DNA of 63,417 bases from Muribaculaceae bacterium (lineage in GTDB: Bacteria > Bacteroidota > Bacteroidia > Bacteroidales > Muribaculaceae), in the NCBI GenBank assembly GCA_017424575.1, contig JAFOYQ010000134.1:1-63417 (forward strand), given 5' to 3'. Positions 38,434 to 50,045 of the stretch are shown one piece after another. Each line of letters starts with the position of its first letter. Positions within the stretch are counted from its first letter, which is position 1. Both the position numbers and the translations under genes were made by a program. The notes under the pieces were generated by a model. The model was not told the DNA's origin. It did not search any database and saw only the letters and a program-made list of their open reading frames with translations.

Positions 38434-38536
38434 GAAAGGCGCATAAATAAAGGGATTTGAAAAAATGTTGATAACTTTTTTAGAATAAGTGGTATTTAAT
38501 GCAAATTTTGAGTTGTAAATTCTCGATAAAAATGAG

Positions 38537-38544
38537 TAACTTTA
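38537..38544 (+). promoter_or_regulatory. Possible dcw-cluster promoter -7 box (TAACTTTA, one mismatch)
   Basis: Near-match to TAnnTTTG, about 63 nt upstream of the rsmH ATG. Confidence 0.3.
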
Positions 38545-38606
38545 CAACGAAATAATTGGAAAAGCAAAAAACAACAAATAACCCCAGGAAAAAACGATAA
38601 ATTTCT

Positions 38607-39515
38607 ATGTCGGAAGAGGTATATCATATCCCAGCATTATTGCCCGAAACATTGGAGGCATTGAACATAAATCCCGAAGGGATATATGTCGATGTAACCT
38701 ATGGCGGAGGAGGACATTCGCGTGCTATAATGGAGCAACTCAACGCTAATGGGCATCTTTACTCATTTGACCAAGATGAAGATGCTGTGAAGCGTGCTAT
38801 GGTTGACCCACGATTTACGATTGTATATAGTAACTTCCGTTTTTTGTCAAATTTCTTGGAATATCACAAAGTTGAGGCTGTTGATGGTATTCTTGGCGAC
38901 TTGGGGGTATCATTCCATCATTTCGACGATAAAGACCGTGGTTTCTCATTCCGATTTGAAGGGGCTTTGGATATGCGTATGAACCAAAAGGCAAAGCGCA
39001 CAGCCGCTTGGATAGTGATGAACTATAGCGAAGAGCAGTTGGCCGACGTGTTTTATCTTTATGGCGAATTGAAGAACGCTCGCAAATTGGCATCGACAAT
39101 TGTAAAAGCGCGCAATCAATCGCCTATCGAAACGGTAGAACGATTGCTTGAAGTGGTGAAGCCATTAATCAATCCTCGCCAAGAGAAGAAAGAACTTGCG
39201 ATGTTGTTTCAAGCATTGCGCATTGAAGTGAATGGCGAGATTGATGTATTGAAGCGACTTCTCCAACAATCATTGGATGCGCTAAAACCAGGTGGTCGAT
39301 TAGCAATTATCACTTATCACTCGCTTGAGGATAGGTTGGTGAAAAATTTTATGCGTTCGGGTAACCTACGTGGTGAACTTGAGAAAGATTTCTTTGGCCG
39401 AAGCATGTCACCATTTAAGTTGCTTACATCAAAACCTATTGTACCCTCAGATGAGGAGATTGAACTAAACCCTCGCTCACGAAGTGCAAAACTTCGTGTA
39501 GCCCAAAAACTATGA
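38607..39515 (+). CDS. rsmH: 16S rRNA (cytosine1402-N4)-methyltransferase RsmH (MraW)
   Basis: 302 aa with HIPALLPETLEAL, DVTYGGGGHS and GDLGVSFHHFD. Confidence 0.95.
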   Translation: MSEEVYHIPALLPETLEALNINPEGIYVDVTYGGGGHSRAIMEQLNANGHLYSFDQDEDAVKRAMVDPRFTIVYSNFRFLSNFLEYHKVEAVDGILGDLGVSFHHFDDKDRGFSFRFEGALDMRMNQKAKRTAAWIVMNYSEEQLADVFYLYGELKNARKLASTIVKARNQSPIETVERLLEVVKPLINPRQEKKELAMLFQALRIEVNGEIDVLKRLLQQSLDALKPGGRLAIITYHSLEDRLVKNFMRSGNLRGELEKDFFGRSMSPFKLLTSKPIVPSDEEIELNPRSRSAKLRVAQKL

Positions 39516-39527
39516 AAAAATTAGGCA

Positions 39528-39890
39528 ATGGCAAAGAAGGATAAAAAAGATACTCAAAAGGGGCAAAACGTAGTGTTGCGTATACTTTGGAAGATTACTC
39601 ATGGTCAAATCTTGACTGTGGAGTTCCTTAAAGCGCATGGGTGGAAAATATGTATGGCTGTATTTATGATTGTTGCCTACATCTCTATGAAATATGAATG
39701 CCAAACAAGTATGGTAACTATTGACAAACTCAATAACGAACTTGAGGTTGTGAAGAATCAATGCATTACCGAACGAAGCAAATATATGGGAAGCATGCGC
39801 GAATCAGCAATGCAAGAACTTGTTGACTCGTTGAATCTAAATTTGAAAAAACAAAATCAACCACCTTTCAAAATATCTTATTCAGAATGA
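39528..39890 (+). CDS. FtsL-like cell division protein
   Basis: 120 aa with a single TM segment followed by a coiled coil, in the position between rsmH and ftsI. Confidence 0.75.
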   Translation: MAKKDKKDTQKGQNVVLRILWKITHGQILTVEFLKAHGWKICMAVFMIVAYISMKYECQTSMVTIDKLNNELEVVKNQCITERSKYMGSMRESAMQELVDSLNLNLKKQNQPPFKISYSE

Positions 39891-42046
39891 ATGCATTAGA
39901 AACACGTACAGTTTTGAGGTATGCGGTAATCATTGGATTGATTCTCGCATTCTCAAGTTTAGTAGTAAGCGAAATCTTTGATACTACGGTAACACACAAA
40001 AAGAATTGGGATGACAAAGCTGATTCGGTGTTGATGAAGCGTAAAATCTTGTATCCCAAGCGTGGCGATATCCTCGCCTGTGATGGCAGTGTGTTGGCAA
40101 CCAACATCACAAGCTACACAGTGCGAGTAGATTATCGCAGTCAACAATTTAAGGAAGACCGCTATACTGCGGCTCTTGACAGTCTTTCTGATAGTTTGGC
40201 AACTTATTTTGGGAATACCAAAGACTATTGGAAGTCGTATTTGAAAAAACCTCTTGAGGTAAAAAAAGAGGAGCGCCCTCGTTGGTATAAGATTGTGAGT
40301 GATATCACTTATACCGAATATCTCAAATTGAGGACATTCCCATTCTTTAACATCCCCAACAAAAACAAGTGTGGCCTTGTGTTGGATAGCAAAATGCGTC
40401 GTCGTAACCCATACGGCGAAATGGCTTTGCGAAGCATAGGCATGGTAGGGGAGATGCCACGACGTCCAGGACAGGTGCGTGGTGAAATTCGTGGAGTGTG
40501 GGGACTTGAACGCGACCTCGACTCGTTGCTTTATGGCAAACCAGGCGTGGCTCGTATTGTACCTGTAAACCGCAATACTCTCAACTGGACCGACACTCCA
40601 GCTGTTGACGGTTACACAATTAAAACCACTATCGATATCAATATGCAAGATATCGTGGAAAACGAATTAAGTAAGGTGCTCGTCTCAACCGAATCGGATT
40701 GGGGTGTGGCAATCCTTATGGATGTTGCTACTGGCGACATCAAGGCAATTTCTAACCTCGAAAGAGATCCAAATGGCAAAGGGTATATCGAGGGCATGAA
40801 CCGTGCTATCTTGGGCTTTGAACCAGGTTCGGTTATGAAACCTATTTCTATGTTGATTGCTCTCGAAAAGGGTTGGGTAAAGCCTAATCAAGTAATCACA
40901 ACAGGTGCACGCTATGCTTATGCAAGTGGGCCTGCAATTACCGACTGCTCTCCTGTATCGTCAATGACAGCAATGGAGGTAATCGAGCGTTCGTCAAACA
41001 TTGGTATGACAAAAATCATCATGCCTCATCTCGATAGCGCAGCGATGTATAAACAGTGCTTGAAAGAAATTGGGTTCCTTGACCCTATGAATCTACACAT
41101 TGCTGGCGAGCGTATTCCTAACATTCGCAATGTGGGTAAATCTAACTGGGATTACATCGATGTGTCGCGTATGACCTACGGTTACACTACCCAAATACCA
41201 CCTATCTACACACTCTCGGTGTATAATGCAATTGCAAATGGTGGTAGATATGTGCGTCCACGATTTGTGACTAATCTCATTGGCAACGGTGTTGACTCGG
41301 TAATACCAGTGTCGTATATGAAAGACCGCATTTGTAGCGAAAAGAATGCAGAGATATTGCGTGAAATGCTCACTCGCGTAGTGTGGGGTGACCATGGCAC
41401 TGCTCGCCGTGTGATGAGAAGTGATGTAGTGAAAATTGCTGGTAAAACAGGTACTTGCTACTCTACATTTGAGCGTCTAAAAACCGACAAAAATGGTAAA
41501 CTCATCACAAAAGATATCTATGGTCGCGACATTCCACAAGGCACTCCTGGTCACTATGATAAGAATCGCAAACGTTTGTCATTCTGTGGATTCTTCCCTG
41601 CCGACAAACCTCAATACTCATGTTTTGTGATGGTATTCAACCCCAAAAACTCTGGGTTGGGAGCGCCAGCAACAAGTGGTGCTGTGTTGAAAGAGATTGC
41701 ATTGAAAATGTACTCTCGCGGCATGCTTGGCAATGTGAGCGACTATCGTGCTAATTCAAATCCTAACACTCGCCCAACGCTTTATGCTACAAATGAATCA
41801 AGCAAGCGCGAAAATGTGTGTGAAGGGCTTTGTGTTGACCAATTTGTGCGTATGCCCGATGTTGCTACTACAGCGGGTGTGCCATCGGTAAAAGGTCTTG
41901 GCCTTCGTGAGGCAATTGTGGCTCTTGAAAAGGAGGGTTACAATGTAGAGTTTGAAGGCGATGGCTATGTCGTGTCGCAAACTCCACAAGCAGGATGCAT
42001 GGCCGACAAAGGTAGTAGCGTGAAATTAACTTTGAAACATATCTAA
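39887..42046 (+). CDS. ftsI: Penicillin-binding protein 3 (FtsI) with a C-terminal PASTA domain
   Basis: 719 aa with the transpeptidase motifs SVMKP (SxxK), SSN and KTGT. The C-terminal [31 protein letters not shown] region is PASTA-like. Confidence 0.93.
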   Translation: MNALETRTVLRYAVIIGLILAFSSLVVSEIFDTTVTHKKNWDDKADSVLMKRKILYPKRGDILACDGSVLATNITSYTVRVDYRSQQFKEDRYTAALDSLSDSLATYFGNTKDYWKSYLKKPLEVKKEERPRWYKIVSDITYTEYLKLRTFPFFNIPNKNKCGLVLDSKMRRRNPYGEMALRSIGMVGEMPRRPGQVRGEIRGVWGLERDLDSLLYGKPGVARIVPVNRNTLNWTDTPAVDGYTIKTTIDINMQDIVENELSKVLVSTESDWGVAILMDVATGDIKAISNLERDPNGKGYIEGMNRAILGFEPGSVMKPISMLIALEKGWVKPNQVITTGARYAYASGPAITDCSPVSSMTAMEVIERSSNIGMTKIIMPHLDSAAMYKQCLKEIGFLDPMNLHIAGERIPNIRNVGKSNWDYIDVSRMTYGYTTQIPPIYTLSVYNAIANGGRYVRPRFVTNLIGNGVDSVIPVSYMKDRICSEKNAEILREMLTRVVWGDHGTARRVMRSDVVKIAGKTGTCYSTFERLKTDKNGKLITKDIYGRDIPQGTPGHYDKNRKRLSFCGFFPADKPQYSCFVMVFNPKNSGLGAPATSGAVLKEIALKMYSRGMLGNVSDYRANSNPNTRPTLYATNESSKRENVCEGLCVDQFVRMPDVATTAGVPSVKGLGLREAIVALEKEGYNVEFEGDGYVVSQTPQAGCMADKGSSVKLTLKHI

Positions 42047-42060
42047 ATAACAAAGATAAA

Positions 42061-43515
42061 ATGAAACAGTTGTCACAATTGCTCAAGGCAATAAATGTTG
42101 TAAAGATTGTTGGTGATACCAATCGCCAAGTGAGTGAAATCGTGAGCGATTCGCGTAAGGCAGTCGACTCATCGATGTTTGTTGCTGTGCGAGGTGTTAA
42201 TGTCGACTCTCATCAGTATATACCCCAACTCAATGGCAAAGGTCTTGCTGCAATTGTGTGTGAAAAACTACCAGAGCAACTCGACGAGAGTGTGACTTAC
42301 ATTCAAGTTGAAAATTCAGCAGTAGCATTAGGACAACTCGCATCACAGTGGTGGGACAACCCCTCAACAAAGTTGAAATTAGTGGGTATAACAGGTACAA
42401 ATGGGAAAACAACTACAGCAACTCTCGTGTATGAAATGGCACGATTGATGGGTTACAAAGCAGGGTTGTTGTCGACTGTGTGCAACTATATCGATAGCGA
42501 GGCAGTGCCTGCTACTCACACCACCCCCGACCCTCTAAGCCTTAATGCACTGCTTGCACGCATGGTTGAAGCAGGGTGTGAATATGCTGTAATGGAGGTG
42601 AGTTCACATGCAGCACACCAACACCGCATTGCAGGATTGCAATTTGTGGGTGGTGTGTTCTCAAATCTCACTCGCGACCACCTCGATTATCACAAAACTG
42701 TTGATGCTTATCTTGAAGCGAAAAAGATGTTCTTTGACGCATTACCATCTGAGGCTTTTGCATTGACCAATATCGATGACAAAGTGGGCGAGGTGATGCT
42801 ACAAAATACAAAAGCATTAAAGAAACGATATTCATTGCGCTCACAAGCCGACTTTGTGGGGCGTGTAATCGAAAGTCGTCTTGATGGCACTTTAATGACC
42901 TTCAATGGACGTGAAGTTGAGGTGTTGTTTACTGGGAAGTTTAATGCTTATAACCTCACAGCAGTTTATGCAACATCAATCCTATTGGGTTGGGATGCTG
43001 AGGAGGTGATGGTAAATATGAGTCGTCTTGTGCCAGTGGCTGGTCGTTTCCAAGCATTCCATTCGCCTAAAGGTGTTACGGCTATCGTTGACTATGCTCA
43101 CACCCCCGATGCAGTTGTGAATGTATTAACAGCCATTCGCGATGTGATTGGCAACAAAGGCAATATCATTACTGTGGTGGGTGCTGGTGGCAATCGCGAT
43201 AAAGGCAAACGTCCTATTATGGCTCGTGAGGCTGCTGCACGTAGCGAAAAAGTGATTCTTACATCTGACAATCCTCGTGATGAAGAACCTACCGATATTC
43301 TTCGCGACATGGAGGAAGGCCTTGATGATGAGGCTCGTGCTAAGACATTAAGTATTAGCGACCGTCGTGAAGCAATACGCACAGCAACAATGTTGGCGCA
43401 AGCAGGCGATGTAATCCTTATCGCTGGTAAAGGACATGAGGATTACCAAGAGATTAAAGGTGTGAAATATCATTTTGATGACCGCGAAGTGGTAACAGAA
43501 ATGTTTAAAATTTAG
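42061..43515 (+). CDS. murE: UDP-N-acetylmuramoyl-L-alanyl-D-glutamate--2,6-diaminopimelate ligase
   Basis: 484 aa with [11 protein letters not shown] and a DNPR motif ([10 protein letters not shown]). Confidence 0.95.
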   Translation: MKQLSQLLKAINVVKIVGDTNRQVSEIVSDSRKAVDSSMFVAVRGVNVDSHQYIPQLNGKGLAAIVCEKLPEQLDESVTYIQVENSAVALGQLASQWWDNPSTKLKLVGITGTNGKTTTATLVYEMARLMGYKAGLLSTVCNYIDSEAVPATHTTPDPLSLNALLARMVEAGCEYAVMEVSSHAAHQHRIAGLQFVGGVFSNLTRDHLDYHKTVDAYLEAKKMFFDALPSEAFALTNIDDKVGEVMLQNTKALKKRYSLRSQADFVGRVIESRLDGTLMTFNGREVEVLFTGKFNAYNLTAVYATSILLGWDAEEVMVNMSRLVPVAGRFQAFHSPKGVTAIVDYAHTPDAVVNVLTAIRDVIGNKGNIITVVGAGGNRDKGKRPIMAREAAARSEKVILTSDNPRDEEPTDILRDMEEGLDDEARAKTLSISDRREAIRTATMLAQAGDVILIAGKGHEDYQEIKGVKYHFDDREVVTEMFKI

Positions 43516-43539
43516 AAACTTAAAAACTTTATATAAAGC

Positions 43540-44802
43540 ATGTTATTATATCTGTTTGACTATCTACAAGAGATTGATTTCCCTGGAGCGAGATTGATGG
43601 ACTATCTTACATTCCGCTCGGGAACGGCATTGGTATTATCTTTGTTGATTACCCTATTCATAGGCCGTCGCATTATCGAACGATTGCAACTTATGCAAAT
43701 TGGTGAAATTATTCGTAATTTGGATCTTGAAGGACAACAACAGAAAAAGGGAACTCCAACAATGGGTGGTATCATTATCATCATTGCTACGTTAGTGCCA
43801 TGTCTATTAATCGGTGATTTGTCAAATATTTATATGCTCCTTATGCTTGGCTCGATGCTATGGCTTGGCGTATTGGGATTCCTTGATGACTACATTAAAA
43901 TCGCTCGTAAAAATAAAGACGGCTTAAAAGGAAAATTCAAAATCGCAGGTCAAGTAGGTCTTGGCTTAATTGTGGGGGTTACTATGTATCTTAGTCCTGA
44001 CATGGTGATGCGTGAAAATCATGAGGTAATATCTACCGATGCCGATGGGAAAGTTGAGGTGGTGTATGACTCACAAGAGGTAAAAGCGTTGCAAACAACT
44101 ATTCCTTTTGTGAAAAACAACAACCTTGACTATGCTTGGTTTACACAATGGATGGGCGACTGGGCAACACCAGCAGCGTGGATACTATTTATCCTCGTTA
44201 CTATTTTCATGGTAACAGCGACATCTAATGGTGCCAACCTCACCGACGGGCTCGATGGGCTGGCGGCGGGAACATCGACCATCGCTGCCGTAACATTGGC
44301 GATAATTGCCTATTTGGGTGGCAACGTCATATATTCATCCTACCTCAACATTATGTATCTGCCAGGGACAGGTGAATTGGTAGTGTTTATGGCGGCATTT
44401 GTAGGAGCCTTAATAGGGTTCTTGTGGTATAATGCACACCCAGCGCAAGTGTTTATGGGCGACACTGGTAGTCTCACCATTGGTGGTATTATTGCCGTGT
44501 TCGCGATATTGATTCACAAAGAACTTTTATTGGTAATATTGTGTGCGCTATTCTATATTGAAGATTTTTCAGTATTGGTGCAAACAACAATATTCCGTCT
44601 CACTAAAAAGAATGGACAAGGGAAGCGCATCTTCAAGATGGCTCCTCTACATCACCATTTCCAAAAACCAGGTAATGGCGAAATCGAAGCATTGATTCAA
44701 TGGCCTAAAAAACCTATTCCTGAATCAAAAATCGTGATTCGCTTCTGGATTTTGGCGATATTTTTGGCTGTAATGACAATTGCTACATTAAAGATTAGAT
44801 AA
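43540..44802 (+). CDS. mraY: Phospho-N-acetylmuramoyl-pentapeptide transferase
   Basis: 420 aa, polytopic, with NGANLTDGLDGLA, MGDTGSL and APLHHHF. Confidence 0.96.
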   Translation: MLLYLFDYLQEIDFPGARLMDYLTFRSGTALVLSLLITLFIGRRIIERLQLMQIGEIIRNLDLEGQQQKKGTPTMGGIIIIIATLVPCLLIGDLSNIYMLLMLGSMLWLGVLGFLDDYIKIARKNKDGLKGKFKIAGQVGLGLIVGVTMYLSPDMVMRENHEVISTDADGKVEVVYDSQEVKALQTTIPFVKNNNLDYAWFTQWMGDWATPAAWILFILVTIFMVTATSNGANLTDGLDGLAAGTSTIAAVTLAIIAYLGGNVIYSSYLNIMYLPGTGELVVFMAAFVGALIGFLWYNAHPAQVFMGDTGSLTIGGIIAVFAILIHKELLLVILCALFYIEDFSVLVQTTIFRLTKKNGQGKRIFKMAPLHHHFQKPGNGEIEALIQWPKKPIPESKIVIRFWILAIFLAVMTIATLKIR

Positions 44803-46148
44803 TGAAAACAAAGAAATTGGTAGTGCTTGGTGGTGGTGAAAGTGGCGTAGGTGCTGCTATTCTCGCCAAAGATAAGGGAATGGAAGTATTTCTCTCTGAT
44901 ATGGGAAAACTTGCTCCCAAATATGCCGATATGCTCAATCAAGAGGGTATTGAATGGGAAGAGGGACAACACACCGAGGAGAAAATCCTTGATGCCGATG
45001 AGGTAGTGAAGAGTCCGGGCATTCCACCCACAACCCCTTTGATGTTGAAAATTGCGTCTAAAAACATCCCTGTAATCTCTGAAATAGAGTTGGCAGGACG
45101 ATATACCGATGCCAAAATGGTGTGTATTACAGGTAGCAATGGTAAGACCACCACAACAATGCTCACTTATCACATTCTCAAAAATGCAGGTGTGAATGTG
45201 GGACTCGCAGGTAATGTGGGTAAAAGTTTGGCTTTGCAAGTGGCTCGTGAACATCACGATGTGTATGTAGTGGAGTTGAGCAGTTTCCAATTGGAAAATA
45301 TGTATGACTTCAAAGCGCATATCGCTGTGATGATGAATATCACCCCCGACCACCTCGACCGCTACGACTACGAGATGCAGAATTATGTGAACGCTAAATT
45401 CCGTATTCTTCAAAATCTCACTTCGCAAGATGCATTCATCTTCTGGCAAGACGATCCTATCATTGAGGCACAATTGCGTCAAGTTGAGACACAAGCACGC
45501 TTGTATCCATTTGCCGAAACAATCGAAGAGAATACTCAAGCATATATTGATGCTGAAAACAATATGATAATCAACACCCCATCAACATCGCTTAATATGC
45601 CTCGTGCCGACTTAGCGTTGAGTGGTCTTCATAATCTCTACAACTCAATGGCGGCAGGGTTGTCGGCATGTCTTCTTGATTTGAAAAAAGAGGATATTCG
45701 TCGCGCGCTAAGCAATTTCGAAGGTGTTGAGCATCGATTGGAATATGTTGATACAATCAACGGTGTGCGTTACATCAACGACTCAAAGGCTACTAATGTA
45801 AACTCATGCTGGTATGCGCTCGAAAGTGTGCCCAAAAACACAATTCTCATTCTTGGTGGCAAGGATAAAGGCAACGACTATACCGAAATTTTGCCACTCG
45901 TGAAAGAGAAAGTGAAAGCAATTGTGTGTATGGGTAAAGACAATGCTAAATTGCTCGACTTCTTTGATGGCGTAGTGACCTTAAGCGACACACATTCAAT
46001 TGAAGATGCAGTGAAAGAGTGTGCGCGATTGGCACAAGAGGGTGACACAGTATTGTTGTCGCCATGTTGTGCAAGTTTCGACCTATTCAAAAGCTATGAA
46101 GACCGTGGCCATCAATTTAAGGCAATAGTTAAATCAATGAACAGATAA
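44802..46148 (+). CDS. murD: UDP-N-acetylmuramoylalanine--D-glutamate ligase
   Basis: 448 aa with ITGSNGKTTTT. Its ATG overlaps the mraY stop codon. Confidence 0.95.
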   Translation: MKTKKLVVLGGGESGVGAAILAKDKGMEVFLSDMGKLAPKYADMLNQEGIEWEEGQHTEEKILDADEVVKSPGIPPTTPLMLKIASKNIPVISEIELAGRYTDAKMVCITGSNGKTTTTMLTYHILKNAGVNVGLAGNVGKSLALQVAREHHDVYVVELSSFQLENMYDFKAHIAVMMNITPDHLDRYDYEMQNYVNAKFRILQNLTSQDAFIFWQDDPIIEAQLRQVETQARLYPFAETIEENTQAYIDAENNMIINTPSTSLNMPRADLALSGLHNLYNSMAAGLSACLLDLKKEDIRRALSNFEGVEHRLEYVDTINGVRYINDSKATNVNSCWYALESVPKNTILILGGKDKGNDYTEILPLVKEKVKAIVCMGKDNAKLLDFFDGVVTLSDTHSIEDAVKECARLAQEGDTVLLSPCCASFDLFKSYEDRGHQFKAIVKSMNR

Positions 46149-46167
46149 TAAATTATTTTAATCAGCT

Positions 46168-47517
46168 ATGAAAAGTGAAAATTCAACTCCTTCGGGCGAT
46201 GTAGGAAGCAAATTAAAAGCATTTGCTTATGGCGACAAATATATTTGGGCCATCTACATCTTATTGTGTGTAGTATCAATTGTTGAACAATATAGTGCAT
46301 CGGCGCGTATTGTTTCGTCAACTGATATTTTAGGACCTATTGTAAAACAAGTTGGACACTTGGCAATGGGCCTTGGGGTAATCCTCGTGGTGCAACGCAT
46401 CTCTTACACCAAGTTTTTTGCTATTATTCCCATTCTTGCAGTAGTGAGTGTGGGGTTGGCGATTTATGTAATGTTCTTTGGCGATGTTATAAATGGAGCT
46501 CGAAGAAGTATCAAATTGTTTGGCATGCTCCCACTTCAACCTGCTGAGTTAATTAAATTTTCAGCAGCAGCATTGCTTGCTGTAATTCTGTCAAAATCGC
46601 AACTCAAAGATGGTAAAGGTGTCACCAAAAAAGGTTTCTATTGGGCGTTAGTTGTAATAGGTATATTTGGAGCTGTACTCATTAAACAGGGTACTACAAA
46701 CACTATTATTCTTATGGCCATCTGTTTCTCTATGATGATAATAGGTGGAGTGCAATGGAAACGAATCCTTTCGGTAGTGGGCATTCTTGTTGTTGTTGCT
46801 GCCATAACATTGGGCTATGGCTATTCTAAGTATTGTGAAAAATATGATGAAAATGGAAAGATAAGAATCGAATATGCCCAAAAAGAATCGGCTGCCGATA
46901 AAATTGAGAAAGGTGAAACCGTTGACCGATTGGTTGATGTTGTCATTCCTCGATTGATTCGTTGGTGGAAAGGTGATGAAACCCCAAAATGGGAGCAACC
47001 TATCGACCGCTTCAACCATCAAGAGCAATACTCTTATATTGCTCAAGCAAATGGGGGCGTGTTTGGTGTTTTCCCGGGCAATTCGCGTGAAGCAGCCCGT
47101 TTGCCATTGGCGTTTTCCGACTATATTTTTGCCATCATAGTTGAGGACACCGGATTGTTGGGTGGCATGTTTGTGCTACTTCTCTACCTATCTTTATTGG
47201 CTCGTGCCAGTGGTATTGCATCGCAATGTAAGCGAGCATTCCCTATGATGCTTGTGCTTGGTATGGCATTATATATTGTATATCAAGCGTTGGCTCATGT
47301 GGGTATCGTGTCGGGACTTTTACCAGTATCAGGTCAGCCATTGCCTTTAATATCGGCTGGGGGCTCATCTATTCTCATTATTTCGTTGGCAATAGGTGTG
47401 ATGCTGAGCGTGAGTCGTCATGCAGTGCGTAAAAACAATGAAGATAAAACCGACGACCGCAACGAGATGAACTCGTTACCCGAGGAGGCTCGTGCTATAA
47501 ATCCAAGTAAATTGTAA
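46168..47517 (+). CDS. ftsW: Peptidoglycan glycosyltransferase FtsW (SEDS family)
   Basis: 449 aa, polytopic, with LQPAELIKF, SDYIFAII and PLPLISAGGSS. Confidence 0.92.
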   Translation: MKSENSTPSGDVGSKLKAFAYGDKYIWAIYILLCVVSIVEQYSASARIVSSTDILGPIVKQVGHLAMGLGVILVVQRISYTKFFAIIPILAVVSVGLAIYVMFFGDVINGARRSIKLFGMLPLQPAELIKFSAAALLAVILSKSQLKDGKGVTKKGFYWALVVIGIFGAVLIKQGTTNTIILMAICFSMMIIGGVQWKRILSVVGILVVVAAITLGYGYSKYCEKYDENGKIRIEYAQKESAADKIEKGETVDRLVDVVIPRLIRWWKGDETPKWEQPIDRFNHQEQYSYIAQANGGVFGVFPGNSREAARLPLAFSDYIFAIIVEDTGLLGGMFVLLLYLSLLARASGIASQCKRAFPMMLVLGMALYIVYQALAHVGIVSGLLPVSGQPLPLISAGGSSILIISLAIGVMLSVSRHAVRKNNEDKTDDRNEMNSLPEEARAINPSKL

Positions 47518-47539
47518 TCTTAAAAATAAAAAAGTTTAG

Positions 47540-48646
47540 ATGACAAGTAACAAAGCATATAAAGTATTAGTGAGTGGAGGAGGAACAGGTGGTCATATTT
47601 TCCCTGCTCTTTCAATTGCCAATGCACTCAAGCGTCGCAATCCTAACATTGAAATCCTTTTTGTGGGTGCTGAAAATCGCATGGAGATGGAACGTGTGCC
47701 AGCTGCTGGATATGAAATCGTGGGGTTGCCAGTGTGTGGCTTTGACCGCAAACGATTGTGGCGAAATGTGAAGGTGCTTTTCAAATTGTGGAAAAGTATG
47801 CGCATTGCACGTAAGGTTTTGCGCGACTTCCAACCCGACATTGCTGTGGGTGTGGGTGGCTACGCAAGTGGTCCTATGCTCAAAGAGGTGCAAAAGAAGG
47901 GTATCCCTACTCTATTGCAAGAGCAAAATTCCTATGCTGGTGTTACTAATAAGTTGCTTGCTAAAAATGCAGGTGCAATATGTGTGGCATACGAGGGAAT
48001 GGAACGCTTCTTCCCTGCCGAAAAGATAGTGCTTACAGGAAATCCTGTGCGTGCTAATATATTGAATTGCGAACTCACTCGCGAGCAAGCAAAAGAGCAA
48101 TTGGGATTCGACCCCTCGCGCAAATTGGTGCTTGTGGTAGGGGGTAGTCTTGGCGCTCGCACTATCAACGATAGTGTAGCGGCTTCGCTCGATGAAATCC
48201 TCGCTACCGATGCTCAAGTGATGTGGCAAACAGGTAAAATCTATGCCGAAGAGTGTGCCGAAAAGGCGCAAGGCAAAAAAGGGGTAATTGCTACTGCTTT
48301 TATCTCGGATATGAATGTAGCTTATCGCGCCGCCGACTTAGTGGTGTCGCGTGCTGGAGCTGGAACTATCTCCGAACTCCAATTACTCGGCATGCCCGTT
48401 GTGCTCGTGCCTTCGCCAAATGTGGCAGAGGATCATCAACGAAAAAATGCTCAGGCTCTCGTGGATAAAGATGCTGCTGTGATGATTCTCGATGCCGAAT
48501 GTAAAGCAAAATTGGCATCAACAGTCAATGAATTGCTTGCCGATGATGCTCGTCGCGAAACTCTATCGCAAAATATCATTAAGATGGCTCTCAAAGAGGC
48601 TGATGAGAAAATCGTAGATAAGATTTATGAACTATTGAATAAATAA
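47540..48646 (+). CDS. murG: Undecaprenyldiphospho-muramoylpentapeptide beta-N-acetylglucosaminyltransferase
   Basis: 368 aa with GGGTGGHIFPALS and SRAGAGTISEL. Confidence 0.96.
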   Translation: MTSNKAYKVLVSGGGTGGHIFPALSIANALKRRNPNIEILFVGAENRMEMERVPAAGYEIVGLPVCGFDRKRLWRNVKVLFKLWKSMRIARKVLRDFQPDIAVGVGGYASGPMLKEVQKKGIPTLLQEQNSYAGVTNKLLAKNAGAICVAYEGMERFFPAEKIVLTGNPVRANILNCELTREQAKEQLGFDPSRKLVLVVGGSLGARTINDSVAASLDEILATDAQVMWQTGKIYAEECAEKAQGKKGVIATAFISDMNVAYRAADLVVSRAGAGTISELQLLGMPVVLVPSPNVAEDHQRKNAQALVDKDAAVMILDAECKAKLASTVNELLADDARRETLSQNIIKMALKEADEKIVDKIYELLNK

Positions 48647-48656
48647 AGATATAACG

Positions 48657-50045
48657 ATGAACAATAAGAAAACTAATATATACTTTGTAGGTGCTGGAGG
48701 AATAGGAATGGCGGCTCTCGAACGCTATTTCCTCTCTAAAGGTTACAAGGTGGCTGGTTACGACCGCACACCATCGGCTCTTACTAAAGCTCTTGAAGAT
48801 GAGGGCGTGGCAATCGTGTATGACGATGATGTGGATCTTATTCCCGAGGAATTTAAGAACCCCGACACTACCTTGGTAGTTTATACCCCAGCAATTCCTG
48901 CCGACCATAAAGGTCTTAACTTCTTCCAACAAGGTGGATTTGAGATTTTGAAACGTGCGGCAGTGTTGGGTATGATTACTCGCGACTCAAAGGGATTGTG
49001 TTTTGCTGGTACTCATGGCAAAACTACTACTTCATCAATGGCAGCACATATCCTCAATAGTTGTGAAGTGGGATGTAATGCGTTTTTGGGAGGTATTCTT
49101 CGCAATTATAATAGCAACTTATTGTTGAGCGAAACATCTCCTTATTCAGTGATAGAGGCTGATGAATATGACCGCTCATTCCATCAATTGGTGCCTTATA
49201 TTGCAGTTATCACATCGACCGACCCCGACCACCTCGACATCTATGGAACTGAGGAGGCTTATCTTGAAAGTTTTGCTCATTTCACAGAGTTGATTCGTGA
49301 AGATGGCGCATTGGTGGTACATGAAGGATTGAAATTGAAACCTCGTGTAGCACCAGGTGTAAAAGTATATACATATTCACGCGATGAGGGAGATTTCCAT
49401 GCTCAAAACATTCGTCGTGGTAATGGTACAATTACATTTGACTTTGTGGCATTTGATGGTACAGTGATAAAAGACATCGAATTGGGCGTGCCTGTAGAGA
49501 TTAATATTGAAAATGCTATTGCATCATTGGCAGGTTGCTATCTCACTGGCGATATGCAACTCGATAAAGCTGCTGAGGCAATGGGTTCGTTCATGGGACC
49601 TAAACGTCGCTTTGAATTTTGGTTGAAAGAACCTGGCGAAAATGGTCGTGCCGTTATTGACGACTATGCTCACCACCCCGATGAATTGACAGCATCAATC
49701 AACTCAGTAAAATCGCTATACCCCGACCGTAAAATTACTGTGGCATTCCAACCACACCTTTTCTCACGCACTCGCGATTTTGCTCCAGAATTTGCAGCAG
49801 CACTCTCGCTTGCGCATCAAGTGATATTGCTTGATATCTATCCTGCTCGTGAGTTGCCTATCGAAGGGGTGACATCGCAAATCGTGTTTGACGAAATCAC
49901 TTGTAGCGAAAAAGTGCTTATTGAAAAGGGTGAATTAGTGGAAATTCTCAAAAACATCAACTTTGAAGTGTTGCTGACAGTTGGTGCTGGCGATATTTGC
50001 AATTATCTACCTCAAATTTGTGAAAATGTGGTTAAAGGAAAATAA
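48657..50045 (+). CDS. murC: UDP-N-acetylmuramate--L-alanine ligase
   Basis: 462 aa with FVGAGGIGMAALE and AGTHGKTTTSSM. Confidence 0.96.
   Translation: MNNKKTNIYFVGAGGIGMAALERYFLSKGYKVAGYDRTPSALTKALEDEGVAIVYDDDVDLIPEEFKNPDTTLVVYTPAIPADHKGLNFFQQGGFEILKRAAVLGMITRDSKGLCFAGTHGKTTTSSMAAHILNSCEVGCNAFLGGILRNYNSNLLLSETSPYSVIEADEYDRSFHQLVPYIAVITSTDPDHLDIYGTEEAYLESFAHFTELIREDGALVVHEGLKLKPRVAPGVKVYTYSRDEGDFHAQNIRRGNGTITFDFVAFDGTVIKDIELGVPVEINIENAIASLAGCYLTGDMQLDKAAEAMGSFMGPKRRFEFWLKEPGENGRAVIDDYAHHPDELTASINSVKSLYPDRKITVAFQPHLFSRTRDFAPEFAAALSLAHQVILLDIYPARELPIEGVTSQIVFDEITCSEKVLIEKGELVEILKNINFEVLLTVGAGDICNYLPQICENVVKGK

Noticed and set aside
39959-40648. A 229-aa ORF on the - strand.
   Set aside because: It is antisense to the well-supported ftsI gene, has no motif and has a biased composition. 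It is a shadow ORF.
44697-45539. A 280-aa ORF on the - strand.
   Set aside because: It lies entirely antisense to mraY/murD, which have unambiguous motifs. Its translated sequence is H/C/F-rich with no recognisable domain. It is a shadow ORF.
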